Assembly: GCA_031835245.2 (NCBI GenBank)
Contig: JAVKOQ020000006.1
Coordinates: forward strand, 186,001 to 250,000
Source: Balamuthia mandrillaris
Lineage: Eukaryota
Direction: 5' to 3'
Length of the DNA stretch: 64,000 nt
Shown here: in pieces, positions 13,210 through 34,628 of the stretch
Layout: each line of letters begins with the position of its first letter
How positions within the stretch are numbered: position 1 is the stretch's first letter
The notes under the pieces: generated by a model
What the model saw: the letters and a program-made list of their open reading frames with translations, nothing else
Database searches by the model: none
Told to the model about the DNA's origin: nothing
Program-made: the position numbers and the translations under genes

Positions 13210-13494
13210 GGAAGAGATTGAACCGAACCGCTTTCTTCGTTTCACTTGTCCCAACTTGTTTCTCTTCCTCCTCTTTCCTCCCTATATCCACTACTACTTC
13301 TTCTGTCCCACCACTGTGCTCTGCATTCCCTTCTTGCATCGGAAGAGATTGAACCGAACCGCTTTCTCCGGTTCACTTGTCCCCCAATGTTTCTCTTCCT
13401 CCTCTTTCCTCCCTATATATATATATATATCCACCACTAAACTGCCCTCTTTCTTCTGTCCCACCGCTGCGCTCCTGCATTCCCTTCTTGCTTC
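13210..13494. repeat. Diverged tandem duplication (13210-13340 and 13341-13494)
   Basis: Both copies start GGAAGAGATTGAACCGAACCGCTTTCT and end CTGCATTCCCTTCTTGC. The second copy has a (TA)n expansion. Confidence 0.9.
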
Positions 13495-13818
13495 TCCTCA
13501 TATTTCCATTTCACGTCGACATGGCAATATGCGAAATAAAAACAAAAAGGGAAGGAAAGAAGAAGAAGAAAGCGGCCTCTTCTTTGTTGTTGGCGAAGGG
13601 AGAAGGGGGAGGGGCTTGCTTTTTGTCGTTGTTCGGGTTCCCCACTCATCAGGTGTTACGCTAGGCCTCCCCCTCCTTTTTTTTTTTCTTGGGTGGTTGG
13701 TCTCCCGTTTAAGTTTTATTTTTGTTTTTTCGTGTTTCCTTTTCGTTAACGAAAATCAATCAACCCCTATTATTATTATATTAATCGTAGTAGGGGGTGT
13801 TTTCTTTTAACTTTCCTG

Positions 13819-22545
<8,727 letters not shown>

Positions 22546-22716
22546 GGTTGCAGCGAGATCGAAATATATATTAATAATATATAGTGCTGTTGCACGACGC
22601 ACACGGATTCTTCATTGTTTTTCCATGTTGCCTTCACCTTTCTTTCTTGCTGTTTCACTTTTTACAAAGCAAACACACAACAACACAGCTCGCATAGAAC
22701 ATAGGAAGAAAAGAGA

Positions 22717-23160
22717 ATGAGCGGAAAAGAAAAGAAAAAAATGGATCTGCTGCCGACAAGGGAACTGGACGGGAACCGCATCGAGGACCTGGACTCCTTC
22801 TACGACGAGGTGGCCCGTCAACTCCTCTCCCCAGGGATTAGCTGGGGCCGCAACCTCTCCGCCTTGGACGACATCCTGCGAGGGGGGTTCGGCACCCCCG
22901 AAGGAACCGTTTGGCGGATTCGGTGGGTCAACTCGCAACGGTCCCGCCAGCAGCTGGGCCACGCCGCGTTGGCTCGTTGGTTGGAGCAAGGGCTGACCCG
23001 AGTTCACCCCTCCAACAGGAAGCTTTGGGAGGAGCGGTTGGCGGAGGCTCGTGCTGGGAGAGGCGAGACCTTGTTCGATAAGCTGGTGGAGGTCATCCGG
23101 GACCACGCTCCACGGTCTTTGGAAGCCTCCGACGAAGGTGTCCTCTTGGAACTCGCGTAG
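22717..23160 (+). CDS. Barstar (barnase inhibitor)-family protein, intronless
   Basis: LDGNRIEDLDSFYDEV...WGRNLSALDDILRGGFG...IRWVNS is the barstar signature. The start may be 22741. Confidence 0.88.
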   Translation: MSGKEKKKMDLLPTRELDGNRIEDLDSFYDEVARQLLSPGISWGRNLSALDDILRGGFGTPEGTVWRIRWVNSQRSRQQLGHAALARWLEQGLTRVHPSNRKLWEERLAEARAGRGETLFDKLVEVIRDHAPRSLEASDEGVLLELA

Positions 23161-23293
23161 AACGTCGACCTTTTGTACAAACTCGCTTTATGTAATCTAT
23201 CTCAAAAGACCAAGTGTGCTATTATTATTTTGGTTGTTTGTTTAAAACACAAAAAAGAGAAGAGAAGAGAAGAGAAGGGAGAGGACTTTGTTT

Positions 23294-25668
23294 TTAGAGC
23301 TCGACCACAGTGGTGGTGCTGTTCATGCTGTTGTAGATCAGCGTGTTGTTGAGCGGAAGCCACTGACGGGTCAGCACCTTGATGATCTCTTGGGAGACCA
23401 ACCCTCCCAAAAAGGCCGCAATGTTGTGCAGCTGCGAGTTGCCGAAACGGCAGAGTCCGTGAATGGCCTCTTCCGGGAACTGGGCGGCCTCCTCCGCGGA
23501 GAGGCCCCATTCCTCGGTGAGGAGAGCGTGAACGTGTTTCTTGAGAAGGGGAATATCGGAGAGCACCTGCTCGTTCTTTTGGCCGGGGTGGCGTTGATGT
23601 TCGGCAAAGAACCTATCGTTGGCGCGGAAGAGCAAGTAGAATATCATGTTGTTGTCTGGCTCCAGCGAGGAAGCTTTTTATTGTTTGTTTTGTTGTGAGA
23701 AGAAAATAGGAGAGATAAAAGAAGAAGGAAAGAGCAGAGAGAGACTAAAGAAAAGAAGGGAAGAGCGGTACCGATAAGCTCTTTGTTGGCGGTTTCCTTG
23801 TTGTATTCCTGGTCGAGAGAGCGGAACCTAAGCACGCGGAGGTAGAGGGCGTTCTTGCAGAACTTCCGGATGTAGGAGGTAGGAATGGAGGACGGGTCTC
23901 TTCCCGCGTTGCTCAGTAGCGCCTGCAAGTGTTTTGTCACGACAGCAATGTCTGCTTCAGCCTTGGCTTGGTATCTGTTTTTAGGTTTTTTGGATGAATA
24001 AAAAGGAGAAAAAGAAAAAAAGACAAGAAAACAGAAATGTACATGTCTTGAAGGTGCATGTATGTGTTGGTATCGGCAGTAAGATCAGGGATAGAGCCCT
24101 GCAGAGGCAACAGTCCCTTGCCCTCATTCTCCACAAACTCGCGAACAGCAGCAACGAGGAACCAATAGTCCGTAGAGTCTTTAGTGAGGTTCTTGGCTTT
24201 ATCATCTGCCAAAATTTCTTTGACTTCATAAGGTACCTACAGTACAACAAAAGATCAGTTTTCAACATAGAAAAAAGACGAGAGTGAGAGAGATGTTGCA
24301 AGAAAATAAAGATACGAACAAAGGTAGAGGCAGGCATAAAGGCTTTCCAGGCAAACTCGACGGCCTCGTTGAAGTTTTGTTCCTTGTCATCCTGTTGAAG
24401 GTTCCTGAGTTGCACTTTGAAGGCCTGTTTTTCGTCTCTGCTAGTGGGCACTTTGCCGTCATGCTGTAAAAGTGAAAGCCAGAGAAAATTTTAGTCTTAA
24501 ATACTCCATCACCAAAAGAAAAGAACAGAGAAGAAAAGAAAAGTTAACCTCAGCCTTCCATTTTCTCAGTTCTTGCAACAACAAAATGACGTAAGGCACG
24601 TGGCCTCTAAGGTGAGAGTCGAGTTTGCTCAAATCAATGCTGTCGCTAAACTTTTCGAGCTCCTCCCATGGTTCGTACAAGCGTAAGTCATCAATGGGAT
24701 CCTCGGGCTTGGATTCCACAACTATGTGTACACAACACAGAGAAAGAACACATGCCATGTTACATGGCGTTGAGAAACTGGACCAAACATACAGATGAAA
24801 ATACGTAGAAAGTAGAATAGAACATGAAGAATAAAGGAAGCAGTGAAGAGAAGCGTACTTGAAAGTTCGGGCATGGCCAAGCGTACATAGCCCAAAAAGC
24901 CATTAGCGCGACATACGAAAAGAGGGATGGCTTGTTCGTAAAGGTAACGGGCGAGCTTCAGCAAAGGCTCCTCCGGCAGTTCGGTGGCCACCACCAACGA
25001 GAATTGCTTGAAGAAGTCAATGTCTGTGTCGATGACAGTGACCGCATCCTTTTTCGAGCGTAATGTAAGCAAACCAAGAGAGAGAGAGAGAACGAAAGTA
25101 AATGAAGAGAACGAGAGAATGAGAGAACAAGAAAGCGAGAAGAACAAAGGAAGAAAAAGAGCAAAAAAAAACCTTATCGACGTAGTTGCCATTGACCCAC
25201 TCGTTGAGCTCTTTGAGGAGCTCGGTGGTTCTCACGGCGCGAGGTTGACCCAAGCTAGCAAAGTCAAGGAAGAAGTTGTTGCCCAGATCAGCCGCTTCCA
25301 CCTTGTTGCCGTCCAGGATGGTGAAATTGCCGACGCCGGGCAGGACCAAGTTCTTGAGGATTTCGGTGCCGATGGCGCCTGCGTTGATGAGACAAATGTG
25401 AGCGTCCTCCAACGCGATCTGACCTTCCTCTCCCCACAGCCTATGTGCAAAGTTGAATAAAAAGATGAGTAGAAGAAGAAAAACATCAACAATGATGGGG
25501 GAAAAAAAGCGTAAAAGAAAAAGGAGGAAGCAGCAGCGGGCAGTAACGTGAAAAACGATCGACTGAAGAAGAAGGCAAACAAAAAAAGGGGGGAAAGGCG
25601 TGGGCGTACCGCAGCTGTCTGTCGTATTTCTCTACCTTCTTTTCGTCGAGCTTTGGTTCTACTTCCAT
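23294..25668 (-). CDS. NAE1: NEDD8-activating enzyme E1 regulatory subunit (APPBP1/ULA1), multi-exon
   Basis: [76 protein letters not shown]. Confidence 0.97.
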
Positions 25669-26031
25669 TGTTTTAATGTGAGTGCGGGTCTTTCTTTTTT
25701 TTTTTTATTATTCGAAGTGAGGTTCTTTCTTTTGTCGAGTAACAACAGCGGGCACTGTTCACGCGCTCCAACAACGCCAAAGAGTGCTGCCTTTTTTGTT
25801 GTTGTTTGGATTTTTTTTTCACCAAACCAAACTCAAAAAGAAAGGGAGGCGGCTGAAAGAACGTCCATTTTGCTTCTGCTGGTTTGCAGCAAAATCTGTC
25901 GAGACATATTTTGCTGCAGGAATCATCCTGGCCTTGGCCTCTGGTTTTCCGTCGACATTAAGTGAACGAAGAATTTCTTGTGTCGACATGAGATCGTTCT
26001 CGTTGTAATGATCGAATTGAAACAGTGAAGA

Positions 26032-26703
26032 ATGCTATCCTCCTCGCTCTCCTCCGCCTGCATGCCTCTCCGCCCCTCTTCCCTCTGGAAGTGGGCTCTG
26101 CCCGTTGGCGTGGGCATCGCCGTTTGGGGCTACTTCTGCCACATTCGGGTCCCCTCCGGTGCTGCCCTCCTCTTCCGCAACCGGCTGTTCCATCGCCAGC
26201 AACCGTTCTCTCGGGTGGCCGTCGGCCCTTGTTGCGCCTGGTTCCTTCCTTGGGTCCAGCAACCCCTGAGACCTTTCGTCGACCTCCGCTTGAGGCCCTA
26301 CACCTTCCGTAGCACCGACCTCCCCACCAGCGACGAGGAGCGCCTGACCCTCGCCGTCCGCGTCCTCCTGCGCGTGAAACCTACCGCCCTCCACGAGTTG
26401 GTGGAGAGCCCTGCCGGCCTGGACTTTGATGTGGCCGCTCTGCTTCGACCCTCCGCCCTTCGGCTACTCTCCGAGACGGCCGCTCGCTATGAGGTCCGCG
26501 AGTTCTTGCACAAACGAAGCGAGATACAGGCCTGGATGTGGGACCACCTTCGGAACGCTGTGGGGGACCGCTTTGACGTGGCGGACGTGGCGATCATGGA
26601 GCTGTCGGTGAGCGATGAGTTGAGAGCTGTCTTGGATAAGGAGCTACAAGAACGCCACCAACAACAACAGCAACAACAACAAGAGCCGCAACAGAGTAAC
26701 TAG
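26032..26703 (+). CDS. Divergent prohibitin-like SPFH/band-7 protein, intronless
   Basis: N-terminal hydrophobic segment; FLPWVQQP..FVDLRLRP; TSDEERLTLAVRVLLR; AARYEVREFLHKRSEI; DVAIMELSVS. Confidence 0.65.
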   Translation: MLSSSLSSACMPLRPSSLWKWALPVGVGIAVWGYFCHIRVPSGAALLFRNRLFHRQQPFSRVAVGPCCAWFLPWVQQPLRPFVDLRLRPYTFRSTDLPTSDEERLTLAVRVLLRVKPTALHELVESPAGLDFDVAALLRPSALRLLSETAARYEVREFLHKRSEIQAWMWDHLRNAVGDRFDVADVAIMELSVSDELRAVLDKELQERHQQQQQQQQEPQQSN

Positions 26704-27278
26704 AGGAACATTTACAACATTACATGTACAAAACTGTGTAGCCCCGCAGACGTATCTGACTGTATGACTTTATATACCATACCCCTAACACCAAAGTTCT
26801 ATTGGTAGATAGCTAACAGTTGCCACACACTCACATCTGATGTTAAGGCCAAAGTGCTAATGGATGCTGTGGCACACTGCATGCAGAGTAGGAGAAAACA
26901 ATACATAAGAAGGGCAGTAGGAGTTACTGTCGCTGCTGTTGAGGCTGCAGGAGTTATCCCTTCGGGTGCTTTCAGCACGGTAAGACTTTGGCGTGACAAC
27001 CAGTCGAGAGAGGAGGACCACTGACCAAAAGGCGGCAAGGTTCTCCAGCCAGTGGGCCCATTGCAGCAGCATCTCTCGTCATCATCGCCCGCTACTCTTC
27101 TTGCTCTCTCAGCTCCTCTCCAGCCTGTTGAATCAACCTTCATCTCTCTTGTTAGCTGCTCTTTACGAGCAAGCCTGCAAGGGCCAATTTGTTCCAAGAA
27201 TAATTTCCAGCTGTCTATACTATAGAGCCTCTGGGTATTTGCCCAGAGGGAGCAGCAAGCCAGCAGTAACGCCCAACA

Positions 27279-29465
27279 TGGATGAGTGTCGGAGATGGCT
27301 GCGTAAGCACTATGCCAAGCAAGCGGAGGTAAAGCGACGACGCAGAGCGGTCAACAAGCGGGTGAAAAATGGTGCGGTGAAGCGTATGCTAAGCACAATG
27401 GCAGTAACAAACTTTTGTCTCCCTTCACAGGACAACACTTGGTTTCCCGTGATCTCTATGGTGAACTGCTTCCGCAAGATTGGAGGAGTTCAGAACTTGT
27501 ACCTCGCTGTCTCGAATGGCTGCAAGAGGGGTTTGTTGTTTTAGTGTTGTGTTTGTGTTAGTGTTGTCGTGTGTAACGCAAGGGGTGTAACAGGCGGAAC
27601 TCAAGAAGGGGTGCTGCTCTCCGAAGCTTATGGCTGCTCGTGGAGGTGTGCTCTGATCAAGCTCCCACACAACGCTTCTGGAGCCTGCCTAGGCACGGCT
27701 CCTATGGCTACATGGCTGATCTTGAGAACGTGTTCCACCTCGCTGGAGAGGATACTTTATCTTCTGTACTTCTGTACCTTTGTAAGGCCCTCCTTGAACC
27801 CAACGTCGTTGAGGAGCCACGAAAGGACGAAGATGAAGTAATAGGACAAAAGAGGTACTGTATAGGTTCCAAAGCCAGACCTGCTAGGCGACATGCAAGG
27901 CTTCCTCCGGTGGCCCTCGATCGTCTGGACCCATACTATCGCCGTTATCACTGGCAAAGACTTAGGTCAAAAGCAGACGAAACAAAGAAGAAAAGAAAGA
28001 TAAACGAGAAAGAGAAAATAAGAAAGACGGCGGCGCACGATGATTGCCTGGTGACTCCGGTGGAGGAGAAGATGTTGGTGTTGACGCTGTTGGCAGCCTT
28101 AGTGGTGAGCTGCTCGGTGGAGCTGGCTTTGAACATTGCTGACCAAGTTTTGCCTGTAGTCACTCAATTGGCCCTTGGCCTTGATGGAAAAGAAAGCAAC
28201 AAACGCAAAGAAGTGTCGTTGCGGTGCGCGGTGCGTTTTTTGCTTCACGCCTTATCCTTGTTCTCTCAACGCCATCTCCATTACACTTGGCTTCTCCGTT
28301 GTCGTCTTTAACATTGATGGATACACAACAGGCAATGGAGCTGGAAACAGAGCTTCGATTTATACAATACCTGCATGTGAAGCACCATTCACCAGCCTGG
28401 GATGATGATGGAGACGTTACTAAGTTGCCTGCAAGCCTGCTCAAAGACAGTCTTCCTGTTGTGCGCAGCACAGCAACACATTTACTTGGATTTTGGATAG
28501 CGATTTTGCCTGCTGAGCTGATTAACAATTGCGTCCATCAGTACTTTCTTTTTCCACCTTCATTTATCTTACTATTCATTCTTCTTCTTCTCCTTCCTTC
28601 TTAATCTTGTTCTTGTTGTTCTTGTTCTTGTTCTTGTTCTTCTTCTTCTTCTTCTTCTTCTTCTTCTTCTTCTTCTTCTTCTTCTTCTTCTTCTTCTTCT
28701 TCTTCTTCTTCATGTGCTCATGCACCATTTCTTTTAACTTACCAAGGGTTCAGTCACTATGATAATATAGCACGCTTGTTAGAGGACGAGAACATTCTTG
28801 TTAGAGTACAAGCTGGGCACACCTTAGCTATTTTGCTAGTATCAAACCTTGAAGCGAAGGAAGGCGGTACAGAAATGGAGAAATCAAGTCTCCGTGGCAT
28901 CGGCAGTTGCGAGTTACGAGAGTTAGAGGAAACAGTGAAAGTGCTAAGTTGGCAGCAAGACTTTAAGTTTGACAAGAGGAGCAACAAGCAGCAATTGAAA
29001 ACGTTCCGGAAGTTGAGGAATGTAGTTTCCTATTGCCAGCAAATCGAGGAACAGCAAGAAACGATGGGCCAGAGCAAGAAGAAACAGGGAGAAGAAGAGG
29101 AGGAAGAGGAGCAAATGGATCGAGATTGCCAACTTCGGATGCTTGGAACTGTTGTGGAACGAAATGCGATTAATCCCCGCGACTTCTTCTCCGAGTTCAG
29201 CATAACGTTAGGCAGTGAAGCTTTCTTCAATCTTCAAAGCCGGTGGCATGGAGTGCTTGGTACGGTCCGCAGAGATAAAGTTGAGTGGCACGTTCATTCA
29301 TGGAGGAGCGTTGTGCAACTACGAACGTTGCAGCAGATAATTGGGCCTTCTTTTTCAAGTTCTATCACGGTACATCTTGTCTGCCCTTTGGCACCTTTCT
29401 GTAGAGGCACTCATACCCGTTCCCTTCTCTTGCCCGCTCTGTCTCTCTCTCTGTCTCTCTCTCTA

Positions 29466-29508
<43 letters not shown>

Positions 29509-30083
29509 CTCTCCCTCTCTCTCGTCCAGGGCGCAGTGCTGTTGAATGAGACTACTGCAATTGCTGAGAAGAGCACGGTGACGATCACCACACCCATGAA
29601 GGACCTTCCTTTCAATCCAAAGAAACAACAGCAAATGTGGGACACACAACCAGTACATAGTTCCTCCCTGCTGAGTTCTCCATTTTTGCTACCATAACTG
29701 AGCTTCTCTACTCATTCTCGGCATAGAATAAACGCAAGGGTGGAAAGAGATATGGACACAACACATACTTATCCAGATGGCGACTAGAGCACGAGTTTCA
29801 AAGCGCACAACTACCACCCTCCTCTTACAATGCTCGGTATAGAGTCAAGCGTTATGGCTACTATAATTACCGGAGATATTTGCCTGTTCATCAGCAGCGT
29901 GGTTGCATTGTAACTCCTCAGATAGAACCCGAGCCAAACGACAACCACACATCAAAAGCAAGTCAGTTGGGCGGTTTTCACAGCGTTGTTGTTTGCTCTC
30001 GCAGAGAGAGAAAGTACTTGCATGGCTATCTGGTGAATGGACCTTGCAGCACTCGCTTCACGCGAAAGCCTCCTGTATATTGA
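27279..30083 (+). CDS. HEAT-like protein, possibly IFRD (interferon-related developmental regulator)-like, multi-exon
   Basis: Spliceable exons from ATG 27279 to TGA 30083. LLEDENILVRVQAGHTLAILL and HVHSWRSVVQLRTLQQIIG resemble IFRD-domain segments. The start is uncertain. Confidence 0.5.
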
Positions 30084-30127
30084 TTCTCTGTATGCAACAA
30101 TCTATCTTCCTCGTTCCCTGCTTCTTT

Positions 30128-30164
<37 letters not shown>

Positions 30165-30257
30165 TCAGGCAAGAAAGAAACGAAATCTACGTTATTCTTG
30201 CAACGATACGTGAAACTGTTCTCCCAAAGATCTTGGGTGAGTGAATTCGTAACAACG

Positions 30258-30436
30258 TGACGGACCCGGTTTTACGGTCTCGTAGCTGAGCACAGCCAAC
30301 CCTCGCGGAGTTGGTCACCTATAAAAACGCTTCATTCCAGCAGGGCAGCGCTTTGAGGACGTTGTTTCCGGTTTTAGCAATGCCCAACAACATGTTGTCG
30401 TGTAAGGCGCAGTGCTGATCTGTTGGAATGTTTTTT
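30258..30436 (+). ncRNA. Candidate structured non-coding RNA of unknown family
   Basis: Intergenic. A 20-bp stem (30333-30352/30411-30430; 16 WC + 3 G-U pairs) is followed directly by T6, with further hairpins upstream and inside. Confidence 0.4.
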
Positions 30437-30813
30437 GTGTGAAAAGCCGCTTTTCATTTATATTCTGCCTGACCCAATTGTTATTCAAAGGATTTATGAC
30501 GACAAATTTGATCTGCCCATCCGATCGGTCGGAAATTTCCGTTCAAATACAAAGAAAGGAGAAAGCGAACAAGGAGAAGAAAGCTGCACGCATTCATGGC
30601 CTCGCCTCGCACGTTTTTTTTTTTTGGGGAAATAGTTGGCCCCTTCGGTCGTCTTCTTCGTAAGCCCAAGGTTGACGCTACAAAACACACTCACGGTACC
30701 ACGACGTAATCGGCCGGTCTTTTTTTTTTTCCTTCCTCTGACGCCCTTGAGCTGAGTGCGATCCAAGAATACTTTGGATCTCTTTTTTTTTTTCCTGAGG
30801 AGAAAAAACAAGA

Positions 30814-33076
30814 ATGAAGAAGAGCAACAACAACGCAACGTTGAGCCAAGCGGAGGAATTGAATTTGCCGCCGGACCTGGTGTTTCTGTCCCTGCTGAAA
30901 GACGGGTCCGATGCTGCGGCCTTCTCCGCGGCCAGTCCCACCTCCACCACCAACGAGCAGACATGGCTCTCCATGAAGCAGTCTTGGAACGGGTATGTTC
31001 CTTGTTTTTGAGGTGTTCTTTCTTCTCTCTGACTTTAAAAAAAAAAATAAAAGTACGACCCTGCCATTCAACTTTGGGAGCTTGGCTCGTTTCGAAGAAG
31101 AGGCCAAGGCAGACGACGACTCGACCGGCTCGCTGGTGAGGCTCCATTGCGGCGAGAACGAGGCCGTTCAGCTGCTGGTGAAGCCCCTCTCGCCGCAGGT
31201 GTGGTGCATGGAAGCCCTGGCCGACCGCTCCGCCCTGATTTCCATCAAAAGAAAACAAAAGGACGAAGAAGCGGAGGAGGAGGAAGAAGAGACCAGGCTC
31301 CTCCCCAGCAGAGAGGAACATGTGGCTCGCATCGAGCGAGCCTTGCAGCAGCGGCAACGAAAGAGTTGGGTTGTGGAGGAGGAAGCCGTGAAGCAGCTCT
31401 TTCGGTGCGACGACCATAAGCTTTGTGTGGAGTCGTCTTCGAAGGCCGACTCGTCTCTTGACATTCATCTCGCACCGAAAGAACAACAACAGGAGCAACC
31501 GAAATCATCTTCTGCTTCTCTTCGTTTACGAGTGCAACGAGAACCGCTTCGCTTTGCCTTCTTCCGCTCCTCTTGTGCAACACAAACTGACGGTGAGGCA
31601 ATTCCTCTGTTGATGGAGGACGAAGAAGAGGGAATGTCTTTCGATGAGGAAGGCAGGGCCAAGATGCTGTGGCGCTTTCCCAAAGGAGGTATGAATTTGT
31701 GGATGGGAAACATTGTATGCTTTATTTGTGCTCACCGTTGCTCTCTCTTCTTTGGTCTCTCTTCTTTTTATTTGACTTGAACAGGGATATTATATGGCTT
31801 AGGAGAACGCAGCGTGCTCCGCAAGGAAGGACGTGTATGGGAAATGTGGAATGAAGACGCAAGCAGGTTTGTGGATGATTAAAGCTTCATTTTTCCATTG
31901 TAGCGCACTCACTTCCGGCTATCTCTTTCTCTCTTGAAGTTATACGCATGACAGTGATACCCTCTATCAATGCTTACCTCTTTGCTTCGTTTTTGATCCT
32001 TCTCGCAATACCTATTGTGCGCTCTTCTTCGATAATCCTTCTCATGCCTACTGGGATCTTAGCACTGAAAACCGGATCACAATTTGCTCTGAGTTTGGGT
32101 GCGTTGTCTTGGTTTGAACTCTTCATTTCGTGTATCTTACTCAAGTTCACGAAAGGTTACTCCCACTGCGATATTACATCATAACAGGGGATAACCCAAG
32201 CCAAGTCATTCAAAACTATACTTTATTGAGTGGTCGCATACCGCTTCCTCCAAAATGGGTCCTGGGCTTCCAGCAGAGCAGATGGTCTTATGACCCAGCT
32301 GAACGAGTGCAACAGCTTGTCGACGAATTTCGCAAACGTGACATTCCATGCGATCTGATCAGCATTGATATTGAGTTGGCTTCCTACTCTGTTTCTTTCT
32401 CTGTTTTCTGTTTCTGGCTTCTCTCTCACTCACTTTAATATAAAGTTATATGGACGGGTATCGATGCTTTACATGGGACAAACGGTGGTTCCCTAATCCT
32501 AAAGAGTTATCAGACTATCTTCACGAACGTGGCATGAAGATCGCTGTGGTGGTTGATCCCGGTATCAAGAAGGATAATAATTACTGGGTTTATCAGCAGA
32601 TGGTAGAGGGCAAACATTTTGTTGCTCTTCCTGCTGGAGATGGCATGTTTGAAGGTATCTCTTCTTTCCCTTTGCCTCTTCTCTTTTCCATGCTTTTTAT
32701 TTATGTCATCTGCAGCTTGCTTACGTTCACTACGGCGATGCCAACAAAAACAGGAATAGTGTGGCCAGGGCCTTGTGGCTTTCCTGACTTTACACACGAA
32801 GAAGCAAGGTCATGGTGGGGCACTCTTTATAAAGACTTTGTACACAAGGACAACATCGATGGCTTTTGGAATGACATGAATGAGCCCGCTATGTTCTTGG
32901 TCAACAGAAAGACCATGGACCCCGAGGCTAGGCATGCCATAGGTCCTCATCTATATGCTCATAACGTGTACGGCATGCTGATGGCTCGTGCTAGTTATGA
33001 GGGTTTGCGTAAGCTGCAACCTGATAAGCGGCCCTTCCTTATATCAAGGTTCATTTATCTTCTCTTTATCCCAAAG

Positions 33077-33115
<39 letters not shown>

Positions 33116-33968
33116 GAGTCCTATTTCTGCGCGATCAGCTCTCGTGTTAACAAAAAGCCTCGTAAATAGGTCAGGATTTTGTGGTGCTCAAAGATATGCA
33201 TGGACGTGGACAGGGGACAACACGTCCACTTGGCGCGACTTAAAGATGTGCATTCCAGTAATGCTGGGCATGGCCATCTGCGGGATTTCTGGTACCCTTC
33301 CCAATTGCAAACTTTATTTCTTTTTCTCCTTCTTTCCTTTTTCTTCTCCTTACCGGTTCGTTAAGGCATTGGGTTTGACATTGGCGGCTTTGACCTCGAT
33401 TGCACTCCCGAGTTATTTGCACGGTGGATAGAACTCGGATGTTTGGTCCCGCTGTGCAGGAATCATGCCAACAAACCGAGCATAGACCAAGAGCCATGGG
33501 CTTTTGGGCCTCAAGTGGAGGAGATCACACGCTTACACCTCAAGTTGCGATACCGCTTCCTCCCCTATCTCTACACTTGGCTGAGACAGTACTGCGTGGA
33601 GGGCACGCCTCTTGTTCGGCCACTCTGGTTGGAGTTTCCTCAAGACCGTAATTCTTGGGAAAAGGTCCGTTTTTTTATTAAACAAAGGCTCGCTTTCTTT
33701 GTTTAGAGTATTTTCCGCTCATTCATTTCTTGTTCTCTCTTTCTCTCTCTTCCTCGTTTTAATCTTCTCCCCATTTCTTTTGTATGCATAGCAATGGGAA
33801 GACAGCCAATTTATGGTTGGCCCTCATGTATTGGTGGCGCCTGTCATGGAGGAGAACGCTACTGAACGAATGGTCTACCTACCATCTTCTACCGATGGTC
33901 GTGTATGGTTCGACTTTTACTCCAAAACAATGTACAAAGGAGGGCAGGTTAGCAACTCCTTCTTTCTG

Positions 33969-34000
<32 letters not shown>

Positions 34001-34306
34001 CGCCATTCGAAATAGGTTATATCGGTGAGCGCTCCTTTAGACTTTCTGCCATTGTTTGTGCTGTCAGGAACAGTCCTTCCTCTTCGCAAGCAAAGTGGAG
34101 GCTTTGTGGAAGAGACGGAGCAGAAAGAGATGGAATACGTGGCATACGGGCGCGAGGGCGAGAAATGCGAGGGCCTGCTCTACCAAGACGATGGCACATC
34201 GCATGCCTACCTCGACAAGGAGGAGGACTATGGCCTATTTGTCCTTGATGAGCTGGGCCCCTCTCGCAAACTGGGCGGCAACAGAAGCTACCAACCGAAA
34301 GGATAA
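30814..34306 (+). CDS. Glycoside hydrolase family 31 alpha-glucosidase, multi-exon
   Basis: LPPKWVLGFQQSRWSY, DIDYMDGYRCFT, GFWNDMNEP (nucleophile), HNVYG, WTGDN (acid/base), RYRFLPYLYT, LYQDDG. Confidence 0.97.
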
Positions 34307-34328
34307 ACACAGCCAGCGAATGCTATCA

Positions 34329-34336
34329 TGACGTCA
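34329..34336. promoter_or_regulatory. CRE-like palindrome TGACGTCA upstream of TRRAP
   Basis: Exact match about 290 bp before the ATG. Confidence 0.5.
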
Positions 34337-34628
34337 CGGAAAATATGAAATTTCCATAAAAATTCTGAATTAGGATTGGTCCAAGATCAAAAAAGATCGA
34401 ATCCCATAAACCAAATCCCTCGTTACGAGCGTCTCGGAGAGCACAAAGTCGAAGAAGAGAGAGAGAGAGAGAGAGAACAGCTTGCACACAAAGCAGCAGC
34501 AGCAGCTGGATAGGGGGTGAGCGCGGGAGAGTCGTTTCGCCCAAGAGGCTCTTGGTGGTGGTGGTGGTTTTTTTTATTATTTGTTGTTTCAGTGACCATT
34601 GAAGACTTCAAAACCCAGGGAGAGAGAC

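Noticed and set aside
26993..27544. ORF ending IGGVQNLYLAVSNG, superficially like an FAD oxidoreductase C-terminus
   Set aside because: Better explained as an alternative frame of exon 2 of the gene starting near 27279; no Rossmann motif.
30295..30305. AACCCT as a possible telomerase RNA template
   Set aside because: Only one repeat unit with no alignment extension, and it lies partly within a stem.
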